A stretch of DNA of 58,107 nt from an uncultured Arcobacter sp. (GCA_964445915.1 CAYUNC010000001.1:1-58107); one strand, 5' to 3'; shown: positions 16,426 through 25,688, counted from the first letter of the stretch. Notes: a model not told the origin generated them from the letters alone. Numbers and translations: made by a program.

Positions 16426-16947
16426 ATGAAAATAAGGTTAAATCCATTTAACCGAAGTGAATTGCGAAAAGCATTTTCTTTTCTACTAAAAAACAGAGAA
16501 ATCTCAGCTGCTCTCGAGAGCGCTGAGTGGTGTTACATTAAGAAGGCTGACGAGGACTTTTTGGAAAGCAAGCCTCCCACGATAAGATCGTGGGAGGGAA
16601 GGAAAGGAAAAACATATAGTGCGACAAGCACTTGGTTTATACATAATGATCAAATCCTCTCTGGCGCCGTTGAAGCACCTGAGGAGATTTGGTCTACATA
16701 CCTGTGCTCCCAATCCCAAAAATGGGGAGAAAGATATATTGATGCTGTGGGACGGCACGGTGTGCCTCTATACATCTTAACATTTCATAAGCATTTCTTC
16801 TCCTGGGAAGGAGATCAGGAAAAGAATGAGAAGTGGATTGAGATCCGAAAGCTCGGTGAAAGTGCTAAGCTTGTTCTCAAGGAGCTTCAGCTCAACAAGG
16901 ACGAGGCTGTCAGACAAGTAATGGTGGCCTTGTCCGAGTTGGACTAA
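16426..16947 (+). CDS. Hypothetical protein (GC-rich island)
   Basis: The internal ATG at 16426 has AAAGGAGG 5 nt upstream and is preferred over the track start at 16387. Confidence 0.55.
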   Translation: MKIRLNPFNRSELRKAFSFLLKNREISAALESAEWCYIKKADEDFLESKPPTIRSWEGRKGKTYSATSTWFIHNDQILSGAVEAPEEIWSTYLCSQSQKWGERYIDAVGRHGVPLYILTFHKHFFSWEGDQEKNEKWIEIRKLGESAKLVLKELQLNKDEAVRQVMVALSELD

Positions 16948-16959
16948 AGGGAGGATTAA

Positions 16960-17655
16960 ATGATGGAGGAAATGAAAATCTATAAGGAGGACGGAAGTGA
17001 GATTCCATCATATCCAATGGAAATGACAATTACAGCAGAGGAAGTTCGGGTAGTTGGTCGGCTAAGGTCGACCGTCTCTGGGCTTAACTATTCTTGGAAG
17101 TCGAACGTGAGAGAAACGATCTCTTCTCGTTCACCATTCCAGCCATTTGTTGACCTTACCTTTTCGGGTGAGGTCATTATAAGGTTTCTGGGGTGGCACA
17201 AACCGCCCGAGGAACTTATTCCTGAACAGTGGGAGAGTTGGAAATTCCTTTCCTGGGGTGGAAGTCTTGTAAATGCTCCCGTCCAGGTCATGGCCCGAGA
17301 AGTTAAGGACAATACTCAAAGACCAGAACGAGAGGCTCTGTTTGAGCTCTGTGAGAAGGCCAGAGAATACCACACCACAGCCTCTATGAACAAGTTGTGG
17401 GCATGGCATCTCTACAGTGAGCATGGAGTTTCTGAAGAGTTTGAAAAGTTAGGCCGCTTTAACTTTCGCCCAATATACTTGGGTGAATATTGTATCTTTT
17501 CCCCAGCGGGGATTCGCTGGGCAGGTTCGGATCACAAGAAGGTAATCTGGTCATGGGATCAGATTACTATATATCCTCTCGACCAAAAAGAAAGTCCACG
17601 AACTTTAGGAGCCAAAAAGTATTGGCTTCTAAAGGCAGAGCCAAAAGTAAAATAG
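16960..17655 (+). CDS. Hypothetical protein (GC-rich island)
   Basis: GGGAGG upstream. No recognisable motif. Confidence 0.55.
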   Translation: MMEEMKIYKEDGSEIPSYPMEMTITAEEVRVVGRLRSTVSGLNYSWKSNVRETISSRSPFQPFVDLTFSGEVIIRFLGWHKPPEELIPEQWESWKFLSWGGSLVNAPVQVMAREVKDNTQRPEREALFELCEKAREYHTTASMNKLWAWHLYSEHGVSEEFEKLGRFNFRPIYLGEYCIFSPAGIRWAGSDHKKVIWSWDQITIYPLDQKESPRTLGAKKYWLLKAEPKVK

Positions 17656-17723
17656 CCGGAATCGTAAGTTCCGGTCATATGAACCACTTTAATTGTTGCT
17701 AATAAATTAGAGGAAAAAATGAA

Positions 17724-19097
17724 ATGATCCGAACGCACGTTATACCTTGCAATCTGTCTAAAACAAAGGACAGCCAGCAGTTCTTTGCAGCCGGAGCATG
17801 GAGGCCATCCACACTCCATTCTTTTTCTTGGATCCCCCAAAAGACTGAACCTAAGATGGTGGCAGTAGAGCTCTGTTGTGGAATGGGAGGGATCAGTATT
17901 GGCCTTCGTTCGCTTGGATTTCGTACTGTGGGAGCATATGACTCTTGGGATCGGGCAGTAAAGATTTATAATCACAATGCGCCTGAGCCTGTTGCAGTCC
18001 AGTGTGACTTGCTGGATGATGCAGGATACAAGAGGGTTGTATCAGAGTGCCGCAAAATAGGCGGAATAGATCTTCTCGCTGCCGGTCCGCCATGCAAGGG
18101 ATTCAGCCAGTTAGTAAATGGCAAGCATCACATGCCTAATCCACATAATCGTGTTCTCGAGGTTATTCCCGAGTATGTCGCCGCCCTAAAACCAGAACGT
18201 GTACTTATTGAGAATGTACCGAATTTGATTCGCCATGCTAAGGGGCAAACTTTTGCTGATTTTATAAGACGGTTGCAAGCGCCGGGTCCTAAATGTCTCA
18301 AATATTACGTGAGCTACCAGATTTACGACGCTGCGTTATTTGGAACTCCACAAGCTCGAAAACGATTGCTAATCCTTGCTGTCAAGGATAGCAGTGAACA
18401 ACTTCCCTCTCCTGGACCTAATCTTAGTTCTCTTTACACTGCCATACGACGTAACGGTAGAATTTCTTCTTTGCTACAGAAATACATGAATATCCTGCAG
18501 GATGATTGGGATGCGAGAATAGTTTCAGCAAGACAGGCTCTCTCTGATATTCCTTCTCTTGATCCTGGTGTAGAGGAAATTCCACGCCCGTATGCATCGG
18601 AGCCTAAGAGCGCCTTTCAGCAAATCATGCGTGTCGGCTCCCCGAAGATGAAGATGTTGGAGAATACAAAAACACCAGCTGTACGAACAGAGACATTAGA
18701 ACGCCTTCGTCATATTCCACCAGGTGGAAATGTGTGTGATATTCCCGAAAAGTATTTAAACGGTCTTTCACGAAGATTTGGATCTGCATACCGACGATTG
18801 CATCCTGATGCTCCGGCGACTACTCTGTCCACAAAATATGATTGTGTCTATCACTTTGCTTTCCATCGTTCGCTATCAGTACGAGAGTACGCACGAATCC
18901 AAGGAATTCCCGATTTCGTGACGTTTCCCGATAAACTTGCCAACAGATGTAACGCTTATGAAATGATAGGCAACTCCGTACCCCCTCTCTTGGTGCGTGC
19001 AGTTATCGGAAATGTATTGGCTTGTGGGAATAGAGATTCGGTGATAGAAATTGGCTCTAGCTCACCTGCTAATAAATTATCAAATGAAAATTATTGA
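17724..19097 (+). CDS. DNA cytosine-5 methyltransferase
   Basis: Motifs CCGMGG (I), GPPCKGFS (IV), ENV (VI), QARKR (VIII) and GNSVPP (X). About 45% GC in two hand-counted 60-nt lines. Confidence 0.85.
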   Translation: MIRTHVIPCNLSKTKDSQQFFAAGAWRPSTLHSFSWIPQKTEPKMVAVELCCGMGGISIGLRSLGFRTVGAYDSWDRAVKIYNHNAPEPVAVQCDLLDDAGYKRVVSECRKIGGIDLLAAGPPCKGFSQLVNGKHHMPNPHNRVLEVIPEYVAALKPERVLIENVPNLIRHAKGQTFADFIRRLQAPGPKCLKYYVSYQIYDAALFGTPQARKRLLILAVKDSSEQLPSPGPNLSSLYTAIRRNGRISSLLQKYMNILQDDWDARIVSARQALSDIPSLDPGVEEIPRPYASEPKSAFQQIMRVGSPKMKMLENTKTPAVRTETLERLRHIPPGGNVCDIPEKYLNGLSRRFGSAYRRLHPDAPATTLSTKYDCVYHFAFHRSLSVREYARIQGIPDFVTFPDKLANRCNAYEMIGNSVPPLLVRAVIGNVLACGNRDSVIEIGSSSPANKLSNENY

Positions 19098-19434
19098 ACT
19101 ATATGAATATAATACCAAGTTTATTAATGGTAAAGCTATCAGTATTGTAAAAATGCCAAAAGTAGTTCACTGTAAAAAAGACAACTATGATGTTTATATA
19201 GGACGTCCATCCAAATGGGGTAATCCATTTATTATTGGTAAAGATGGTGACAGAAAGGAAGTAATAAATAAATATAAAATATGGATATTAAAACAGAGAA
19301 GTTTGTTAGATTCCCTGCCAGAATTAAAAGATAAAATTTTAGGATGTTGGTGTGCTCCAAAAAAATGTCATGGGGATGTATTAGTAGAACTTTACGAAAA
19401 AATAGTTGGAAAAGATAAATTTAGCTTTTTTTAA
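19084..19434 (+). CDS. DUF4326-like protein
   Basis: YIGRPSKWGNPF and GCWCAPKKCHGDVL motifs. The start is uncertain (19051, 19084 or the internal MPKVV). Confidence 0.6.
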   Translation: MKIIELYEYNTKFINGKAISIVKMPKVVHCKKDNYDVYIGRPSKWGNPFIIGKDGDRKEVINKYKIWILKQRSLLDSLPELKDKILGCWCAPKKCHGDVLVELYEKIVGKDKFSFF

Positions 19435-19467
19435 ATAAAAGAATAATAGTTTTTCTGGAGATTTGAT

Positions 19468-19836
19468 TTGGGTAATTATAATGACTTAATTGCCAGCAAA
19501 ATAATGGGATGGAAACTAAAAAGTAGATTTAGTATTGATGGTGAAGAAATTGATTTAGAGAAAGTTAACGAAGGTAAAGATTTATTAACATATTGTTGGT
19601 GTGATTCCAGCAATAAACCAATTTGTTATAGAGACATGTTTAACCCTGTTAGAAATAAAAATCAGTTAGATTATATAAAAGAAAAATTAAGTATAGACAA
19701 CTTAATTTTTTTTTGTATGAACGGTACAACAAAAATAATTATAAAAAGTAATGGTAAAACTTATAAAGCTTTGGATAAAGATATATCCAAAGCTTTTTAT
19801 TTTGCTCTTTTAAAAATTACAAAAAATTATAACTAA
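19468..19836 (+). CDS. Hypothetical protein
   Basis: TTG start after GGAG. Confidence 0.45.
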   Translation: MGNYNDLIASKIMGWKLKSRFSIDGEEIDLEKVNEGKDLLTYCWCDSSNKPICYRDMFNPVRNKNQLDYIKEKLSIDNLIFFCMNGTTKIIIKSNGKTYKALDKDISKAFYFALLKITKNYN

Positions 19837-19869
19837 ATATATAAATTAAAAAAAAGAAGGATAATTTTT

Positions 19870-20721
19870 ATGAAAGAAATTGATGTTTTAGTAATGTCAA
19901 GTAGTCGACCAGCTCTTATACCATATACAATAAATTCATTCAAGCGATTTGTTGACAGTCAATGTCATTGTAAATTAAGATATTTATTACATGAAGATTT
20001 TGTTTTTCCTGAATCTAGTAATGATGTAATAAAATGGGCTGTAAATAGTGGTGTCTTTGATGTTATAGAAAAACATAATCCTAAAATCGGACTAGGTCCT
20101 GCAATGAGTTATATGTTTAAAAAACATATTAGAACAAAATATATGTTTTATTTACAAGATGATTGGGAATTTGAACGTACTGGTATTGATCTAGATCGTA
20201 TTTTGTGGATAATGGATAGACATCCAGAAATAAATCTTATTTTGTTTAACAAGTACAAAAATATGGGTAGTTATGCTGGATTTTCATCAGTACTTCGTGA
20301 ATTTGATGGAATGAAATTAAAGACATACAATGGCTGGTCTTTTATTCCTGGTATATGGAGAATGAATTTTATTAGAAATAAATGGGTTACAAGTAAAGAA
20401 AAACCTGAAGCTTATTTAAATAGTCATCTTGATAAAAAGAATATTGGTATTTATTTTTATGGCGGTGATGGTGAAAATAGATGGGTAAGACATTTAGGAA
20501 ATAGTTTTAGAATGGCCGCTTGGCAGTTAAAAAATGGAAAACCGGGGGGATCACTAAATTACGAGTGTAGAGAAATAGAAACTGGTGGGTATTATAGAGC
20601 GCCTTGGCTTCCAAAAATAAAAGCAAGACCTACTTATATTGGTAGTGGTGATTGGGGTAATGACGTATCAAAAGAAACAATAGAGAAATTAAAAAAAGTT
20701 GGTATAAATAATATTAGATAA
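19870..20721 (+). CDS. Hypothetical protein, possibly GT-A-like glycosyltransferase
   Basis: AAGGA upstream. The YLQDDWEF acidic motif is the only hint. Confidence 0.35.
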   Translation: MKEIDVLVMSSSRPALIPYTINSFKRFVDSQCHCKLRYLLHEDFVFPESSNDVIKWAVNSGVFDVIEKHNPKIGLGPAMSYMFKKHIRTKYMFYLQDDWEFERTGIDLDRILWIMDRHPEINLILFNKYKNMGSYAGFSSVLREFDGMKLKTYNGWSFIPGIWRMNFIRNKWVTSKEKPEAYLNSHLDKKNIGIYFYGGDGENRWVRHLGNSFRMAAWQLKNGKPGGSLNYECREIETGGYYRAPWLPKIKARPTYIGSGDWGNDVSKETIEKLKKVGINNIR

Positions 20722-20846
20722 ATTAAATAAATACTCCGTCATAATGTGTTAGTAAGAGCTTAAATACTAGCTTCAGTATCAACATATTTTATACGGATAA
20801 CAAAAAAATTTAGAGATGTGTTTATTATAAACCATATTTCTAGTAA

Positions 20847-20903
20847 AAAGGAGGGTTGCCGTCTTCTCTCCGGTATAAATACCAGAGTTTTCACGGCATA
20901 TAT
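20847..20903 (+). promoter_or_regulatory. Split-SD leader hairpin L5
   Basis: AAAGGAGG, basal helix TGCCGT/ACGGCA, and loop GGTATAAATACC (contains TATAAATA at 20874..20881). Confidence 0.65.
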
Positions 20904-21887
20904 ATGATGAAATTATTAGTTACTGGTGGTTGTGGTTTTATCGGAACAAATTTTATAAAATATTGGTTTGATTATTATCCAGAAGATACTATAATAAATT
21001 TAGATTTATTAACATATGCTAGTTGTAAAAATAATCATAATGATACTGTTAATGATTATATTTTTGTAGAGGGGGATATATGTAATTACCACTTAGTAAA
21101 AAATTTAGTTAATGTATTTCAACCAGATATAATTATAAATTTTGCAGCTGAATCACACAATGATAGAGCTATAATTAATCCAACAATATTTTACAGAACA
21201 AATGTACTAGGAACACAAAACTTACTGGAGGTCTGTCGAGAAACTAAAATTAGATTTCATCATATTTCTACATGCGAAGTTTATGGAGATATGGAACTGG
21301 ACGCAGATTATAAATTTAATGAAGATCATCCATTAAAACCCAATACTCCTTATAGCTCATCTAAAGCTGCATCTGACTTAGTTGTTTTAGCTTATTACAA
21401 AACTTTTGGTTTACCAATAACTATATCAAGATGTTGTAATAATTATGGTCCATATCAATTTACAGAAAAAATGATACCATTATTCATATACAACTTAATT
21501 AACTACAAAAAAATAGTATTATTCGAAAATAGTAATTATGTACGGGAATGGATACATGTTTTAGACCACTGTACAGCAATAAATACAATAATAAAGAAAG
21601 GAAAAATAGGAGAAGTATATAATATAGGAACAGGAGACGAAAAATCCATAGAAGAAATAGCTGATATATTATTATCTATATTTAATGAAAAAAATGATTT
21701 TAAAGAATATGTTTCTGATCGGTTAGGACATGATAAAAGATATTTATTAGATAGTAATAAAATAAAAAGTTTAGGATGGTCACCTTCAGTTACTTTTGAT
21801 AGTGGAATTAAAAATACTATTATATGGTATTTAAATAGAATTGATTCATGGGAACCATTAATAAAAGATAAAAGCGAAGCATTATAA
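20904..21887 (+). CDS. rfbB: dTDP-glucose 4,6-dehydratase-like
   Basis: GGCGFIG Rossmann motif and YSSSK (YxxxK). Start placed at the ATGATG after leader L5; the track start at 20856 lies inside the hairpin. Confidence 0.8.
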   Translation: MMKLLVTGGCGFIGTNFIKYWFDYYPEDTIINLDLLTYASCKNNHNDTVNDYIFVEGDICNYHLVKNLVNVFQPDIIINFAAESHNDRAIINPTIFYRTNVLGTQNLLEVCRETKIRFHHISTCEVYGDMELDADYKFNEDHPLKPNTPYSSSKAASDLVVLAYYKTFGLPITISRCCNNYGPYQFTEKMIPLFIYNLINYKKIVLFENSNYVREWIHVLDHCTAINTIIKKGKIGEVYNIGTGDEKSIEEIADILLSIFNEKNDFKEYVSDRLGHDKRYLLDSNKIKSLGWSPSVTFDSGIKNTIIWYLNRIDSWEPLIKDKSEAL

Positions 21888-21921
21888 AAAGTATTCATTA
21901 TTAATAACATTTAATGTCAGC

Positions 21922-21946
21922 AATACAGGGCTGGTTGTATTTTTTT
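21922..21946 (+). terminator. Weak intrinsic terminator candidate
   Basis: AATACAG-GGCTGG-TTGTATT followed by TTTTTT. Confidence 0.35.
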
Positions 21947-21953
21947 AAATAAA

Positions 21954-21994
21954 AAAGGAGGGATGCTGTTTTTTAACACAAATGCAGCGTATAT
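21954..21994 (+). promoter_or_regulatory. Split-SD leader hairpin L6 (short version)
   Basis: AAAGGAGG, helix GCTG/CAGC, then GTATATATGATG. Confidence 0.5.
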
Positions 21995-22690
21995 ATGATG
22001 AAACTAAGGGATTTTATAAAAGAAAGTATTGATTTTAATAATCCGTATAATACCGATAAAAAAATAAAAAGTCTTTATAAAAAACTGACTGGTAAAACAA
22101 CTAGAAAAAAAGTTAGAAATATGGGTAGTTATATAATATTAAATTCAGATGGTGATAAAATAGGTGCTTATAAAAATGGTAAATTATGGATTGTTATTGA
22201 TCGCCCAGGTAATACTGGTCTTAAAAAAATAAAAAAGGTAGTATATGATTTAGTAAAAAAAGAAAATTTTATAATTGATATAGAAGATGATCGTTTTCCT
22301 GATGATCAATATAATGTAGTATTGAAATTTAAAAAAGAAAAGACAACAAAAGATATAGAAAAACCATTACCAAAAATAACTCCCATTAAGTTAGAATTTT
22401 TTAATAAAATGAAGAAAACTGAATTTTTAAGTAAAGCTAGAAACATAATTCATAACAGAAAAATAATTATTGATGAATATAATGGTGTACCAAAATTTGA
22501 AAAAATATATAATTATAATTCTTATGTATTTGGTAAAATGATCGAACCGTATAAGAATACTTTTATAGTATATGATGGCTTTGATTTATATCATGTTAAA
22601 AATGAAAAAGATGGTAATGATTTAATTAAACTAATGATGTTAAGAGACAAAATGGTAAGAAGCGCTGAAATATCCAGTTGGAATTTATAG
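21995..22690 (+). CDS. Hypothetical protein
   Basis: Preceded by leader L6. Starts MMKL. Confidence 0.6.
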   Translation: MMKLRDFIKESIDFNNPYNTDKKIKSLYKKLTGKTTRKKVRNMGSYIILNSDGDKIGAYKNGKLWIVIDRPGNTGLKKIKKVVYDLVKKENFIIDIEDDRFPDDQYNVVLKFKKEKTTKDIEKPLPKITPIKLEFFNKMKKTEFLSKARNIIHNRKIIIDEYNGVPKFEKIYNYNSYVFGKMIEPYKNTFIVYDGFDLYHVKNEKDGNDLIKLMMLRDKMVRSAEISSWNL

Positions 22691-22783
22691 GTAATAGACA
22701 ATATATTTTTTGGAAAAATTCGTTATTTTTTTAAATTGTTAAAATTTTTAAAAGAGATTTTATCAAGTGAGGAGGTAGTCTTT

Positions 22784-23968
22784 GTGATAAAAGATAAAAT
22801 TTTTAATGAATCTATCGAACTTCTTACTACATTAGGTTTTGCATGTAAAAATGAAGAAGTTGGTAAAATCTTTGAAAATACTGGTCAAGCTTATTTCATT
22901 AGAGAAAATGAAAGAGTTATTCTAACACCAGATTTAATTACAAATTCTTTATCAATGGCTCCTACTAGAGATTATTTTATTGAAAAATATGGTGTTCCAG
23001 AAAAATCTTTTGGTGGTGGAGGTACTGCAACCATTATATCTGATAAAAATGGTGTTCAAAGGGAACCAACCAAAGAAGATGTTATTAATATTATGAAAAT
23101 TGCAGACAAACATAAAATTCCTTTTATGTTTAGAGGTGTAGGACCAATGCATAATGAATATCAAGATGTAAATCAGATTCGCTGGATGCGGGATAACTAT
23201 AATGGATATATATATGTATACTCATCAACAAAAAAAGGAATTCAAGCTGCAGCTGATGAATACAAGAACGATCCGAGAATTGCTACTTGTCACTCCATTT
23301 TTTACTCTCCATTATCTTTAAACGATAATGGAACTAATTTAGAAGTTTTCAAGGAGGCGTGTAAGCTTAATACTCCATTATTTTTAACTGTCATGCCAAT
23401 CTCATACACAACTGCTCCTGCAACTATATATGGTTTAGCCTTACAGGCAGTTGCAGAAAATATTTGTGGTATTGTATTTGCTCAAATACTACAACCAGGA
23501 ATTGTTTGTATTCCATCTGCTTTTCCTCTATTTGGAGATCCAAGAGAAAGTTACAGAATATCATTTGGTTCTATTTACCATCAAGTAGTAAATCTTTTAT
23601 GCGCAAGAACTTTTAAGTATATGAATTTACCTTCTAACCAAGATGGATGTTCTGCTGGTCATCATTATGGTGATGATACAAAAGATGATATTAGAAGATC
23701 TTTTCAGGGATGGTATTCTGCTAACGATTGGCATCAAGTAAGACATTGTTTTGGATTTTCTGAGGAGCAAATGTGTTATTCAATCGAACAAATGAAAAGA
23801 GATATCGCTATTATGGAATCTGTAAAAGAGAATAACGAAACTTTTGAATTTCCAAATCCTGAATACGATCCAGAAGCTAAAGATGTAATTTGGGATGTGT
23901 GTCTTAATTTTGGTGGAAATTTTATGAATCATTGGCATACTTTAAAACATAGTGTTCCTGTGGAATAA
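22784..23968 (+). CDS. MttB-superfamily-like (quaternary-amine methyltransferase-like) protein
   Basis: The N-terminal ILExxG-type segment and the core TAPATIYGLALQAVAENICGIVFAQILQPG resemble the MttB family (from memory). GTG start 8 nt after GAGGAGG. Confidence 0.45.
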   Translation: MIKDKIFNESIELLTTLGFACKNEEVGKIFENTGQAYFIRENERVILTPDLITNSLSMAPTRDYFIEKYGVPEKSFGGGGTATIISDKNGVQREPTKEDVINIMKIADKHKIPFMFRGVGPMHNEYQDVNQIRWMRDNYNGYIYVYSSTKKGIQAAADEYKNDPRIATCHSIFYSPLSLNDNGTNLEVFKEACKLNTPLFLTVMPISYTTAPATIYGLALQAVAENICGIVFAQILQPGIVCIPSAFPLFGDPRESYRISFGSIYHQVVNLLCARTFKYMNLPSNQDGCSAGHHYGDDTKDDIRRSFQGWYSANDWHQVRHCFGFSEEQMCYSIEQMKRDIAIMESVKENNETFEFPNPEYDPEAKDVIWDVCLNFGGNFMNHWHTLKHSVPVE

Positions 23969-24059
23969 AAAAATACTTTAATAAAAGGCAGGTAGAGTAC
24001 TACTGAAATAACTGGTGATAAATTATGTGGTTTTAACTCCGTATTTTACGGAGAAATTG

Positions 24060-24632
24060 TTAACAATATTTTTCTTTAAATTTTTTGTTATAAAGTTCCT
24101 TACAAGACTTCAAGGAACTTTCTTCATGATAAAAGTTTAGTTTTTCTTTATGCATCACTTTCAATACCCATTTTCTATTATTATTTCTAAATATCTCAGC
24201 TGGAAAATTTTCTGACTTAAATACATATTTGTCATTTTCTTTTTTCCACGCTGTAGTTTCCATGCTGTCGATCTCCTTTTTGATTTGTGTTATTTTCCAT
24301 TTTGATATAGTGCCATTTTCGATATATTTAGTTAAAATTGATTTTATTTGTATGATTTTCGAATAAACTTCCTCATTTTTAATTGAATTAGGTATACCTG
24401 ACATATCTAATTCAGTCGTAAAATTTTTATGATTTGATATAATTGTTTCTTTGGTTTTATTTTTTTTACCTTTTAAGTGCTTCTCAAATATTTTTATATA
24501 AAACACAAGGTGATTATATTCACCACTTTCAGACGTTATATTAGATAATATAATACGATCACTTTTCGAGTATGGTAAACCATCGTCTAAAAGAATATAT
24601 GGCTTTCCACTTGTAGAAATTTCTAATTTCAT
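24060..24632 (-). CDS. Hypothetical protein
   Basis: Lone minus-strand gene in the plus-strand block. Preceded by leader L9 and an extended -10 promoter. Confidence 0.6.
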   Translation of the reverse strand: MKLEISTSGKPYILLDDGLPYSKSDRIILSNITSESGEYNHLVFYIKIFEKHLKGKKNKTKETIISNHKNFTTELDMSGIPNSIKNEEVYSKIIQIKSILTKYIENGTISKWKITQIKKEIDSMETTAWKKENDKYVFKSENFPAEIFRNNNRKWVLKVMHKEKLNFYHEESSLKSCKELYNKKFKEKYC

Positions 24633-24685
24633 CACATATGCGCTGTATAAACTTTATTGTTTAAAAAAACAGCGTCCCTCCTTCT
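24633..24685 (-). promoter_or_regulatory. Split-SD leader hairpin L9
   Basis: Reverse complement reads GAAGGAGGGACGCTGT...ACAGCGCATATGTGATG. Confidence 0.6.
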
Positions 24686-24698
24686 TTTTTTTAAAAAA

Positions 24699-24727
24699 AT
24701 TATATCAGAAATTTTTTTTAATGTAAA
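24699..24727 (-). promoter_or_regulatory. Sigma70-type promoter (leftward member of a divergent pair)
   Basis: Reverse complement reads TTTACA, 17-nt spacer, TGaTATAAT. Directly upstream of leader L9. Confidence 0.5.
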
Positions 24728-24740
24728 TAAAAATTTTTTA

Positions 24741-24769
24741 TTTACATTATTTAATTTATGTGATATAAC
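24741..24769 (+). promoter_or_regulatory. Sigma70-type promoter (rightward member of a divergent pair)
   Basis: TTTACA, 17-nt spacer, TGaTATAAC. Confidence 0.5.
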
Positions 24770-24807
24770 ATAATTAAAAATAAATATTCAGGTTGAAAGG
24801 AGTTTTA

Positions 24808-24948
24808 ATGTTTTTCTTGCTGTCTGTTTTTCTATCTGTTTCTATATCATTTTTTTCATCACTTTTGATTTTATCAATTGTGTTTCCTTTTTTGTATAAA
24901 TTTTTGGATCTATTGTTAACTAAAATAATTTGTAATGAGGAGTTATAA
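24808..24948 (+). CDS. Small hydrophobic (membrane) protein, 46 aa, below the ORF-track cutoff
   Basis: GAAAGGAG lies 6 nt upstream. TAATG overlap with the next gene. The sequence is almost entirely hydrophobic. Confidence 0.5.
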   Translation: MFFLLSVFLSVSISFFSSLLILSIVFPFLYKFLDLLLTKIICNEEL

Positions 24949-25205
24949 TGATATCATATTATATCTTATCAGAAAAAGAAGAAAAGAAGATTGGAGTTGG
25001 AGTATCCAGGGCGGAAGCAATAAAAAATTTAAAAAAGATATTTCATCATATTAGTAATGATGATATTGTTATCTCCAAACGAAAGTTACAATATGTTAGT
25101 AGCATTATTAATTATAGAGTTTTTAGTGTAATTGGGTATGTAGCAAGAAGAAAAGAAGATTGTTCATTTATCAACACGGCTAAAGCCGGGAAATTGGAAG
25201 TCTGA
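24948..25205 (+). CDS. Hypothetical protein
   Basis: GAGGAG upstream. Confidence 0.5.
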   Translation: MISYYILSEKEEKKIGVGVSRAEAIKNLKKIFHHISNDDIVISKRKLQYVSSIINYRVFSVIGYVARRKEDCSFINTAKAGKLEV

Positions 25206-25232
25206 GGTTAATTAGCCTCAGCTAGAAAGGAA

Positions 25233-25255
25233 AACAATATGGAAAAAACTCAAAT
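25233..25255 (+). repeat. 23-bp direct repeat, left copy (AACAATATGGAAAAAACTCAAAT)
   Basis: Perfect second copy at 25733..25755, exactly 500 bp away. Confidence 0.9.
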
Positions 25256-25688
25256 GAAAACCGTTGCTATTTATCCTATCGTTGCTTGCAACGATAATGG
25301 AGAAGAAGTTTTGTCCGGGTGGAAAGTCAATAACTATACCTTTAAAAAAATAAAATTCAAAGAATCTTACACCCTGACCTTACCGGTCTTAATTGAATCG
25401 GATAGTGCCTATTTGGAGGCGAGATACTCCGATACATGGACATTCCACCGAAAAGGAACAATATATCACGAGGGATGTGATTGTGTTGGCGTAAAACACC
25501 AAGTCACTCCCTGCATCGTTCCTTGTTATATTAATACAAGGGTGGGCCAGGCGAAACTCGAAAAACCTGGTGATTGCGTAAAGGAGTACTGTCCGTATTG
25601 TGGTAAAGATACTCTTGTGGCAATATGGACACAAAAGTCAATAAGAAGTACCATCAAGCCTGTTTTGACAACATACAAACGGAAGTAA
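25239..25688 (+). CDS. Hypothetical Cys-rich protein
   Basis: AAAGGAAA upstream and a CPYCG zinc-ribbon-like motif. Flanked by 23-bp direct repeats. Confidence 0.55.
   Translation: MEKTQMKTVAIYPIVACNDNGEEVLSGWKVNNYTFKKIKFKESYTLTLPVLIESDSAYLEARYSDTWTFHRKGTIYHEGCDCVGVKHQVTPCIVPCYINTRVGQAKLEKPGDCVKEYCPYCGKDTLVAIWTQKSIRSTIKPVLTTYKRK

Noticed and set aside
16504-17975. Minus-strand ORFs (16504..16758, 17088..17312, 17131..17424, 17559..17975, 17893..18093) in the GC-rich island
   Set aside because: They are antisense to plus-strand genes with good RBSs and, for the methylase, canonical motifs. Higher GC lowers stop-codon frequency and so inflates spurious antisense ORFs.
20874-20881. TATAAATA in the loop of leader L5 (and TATAAATG in L10) as bona fide late promoters
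   Set aside because: Only 2 of the 12 loops carry the motif. L5 precedes a dehydratase gene with no obvious late function, and the resulting transcript would lack any SD. It is kept as a speculative note under the leader finding rather than annotated as a promoter.
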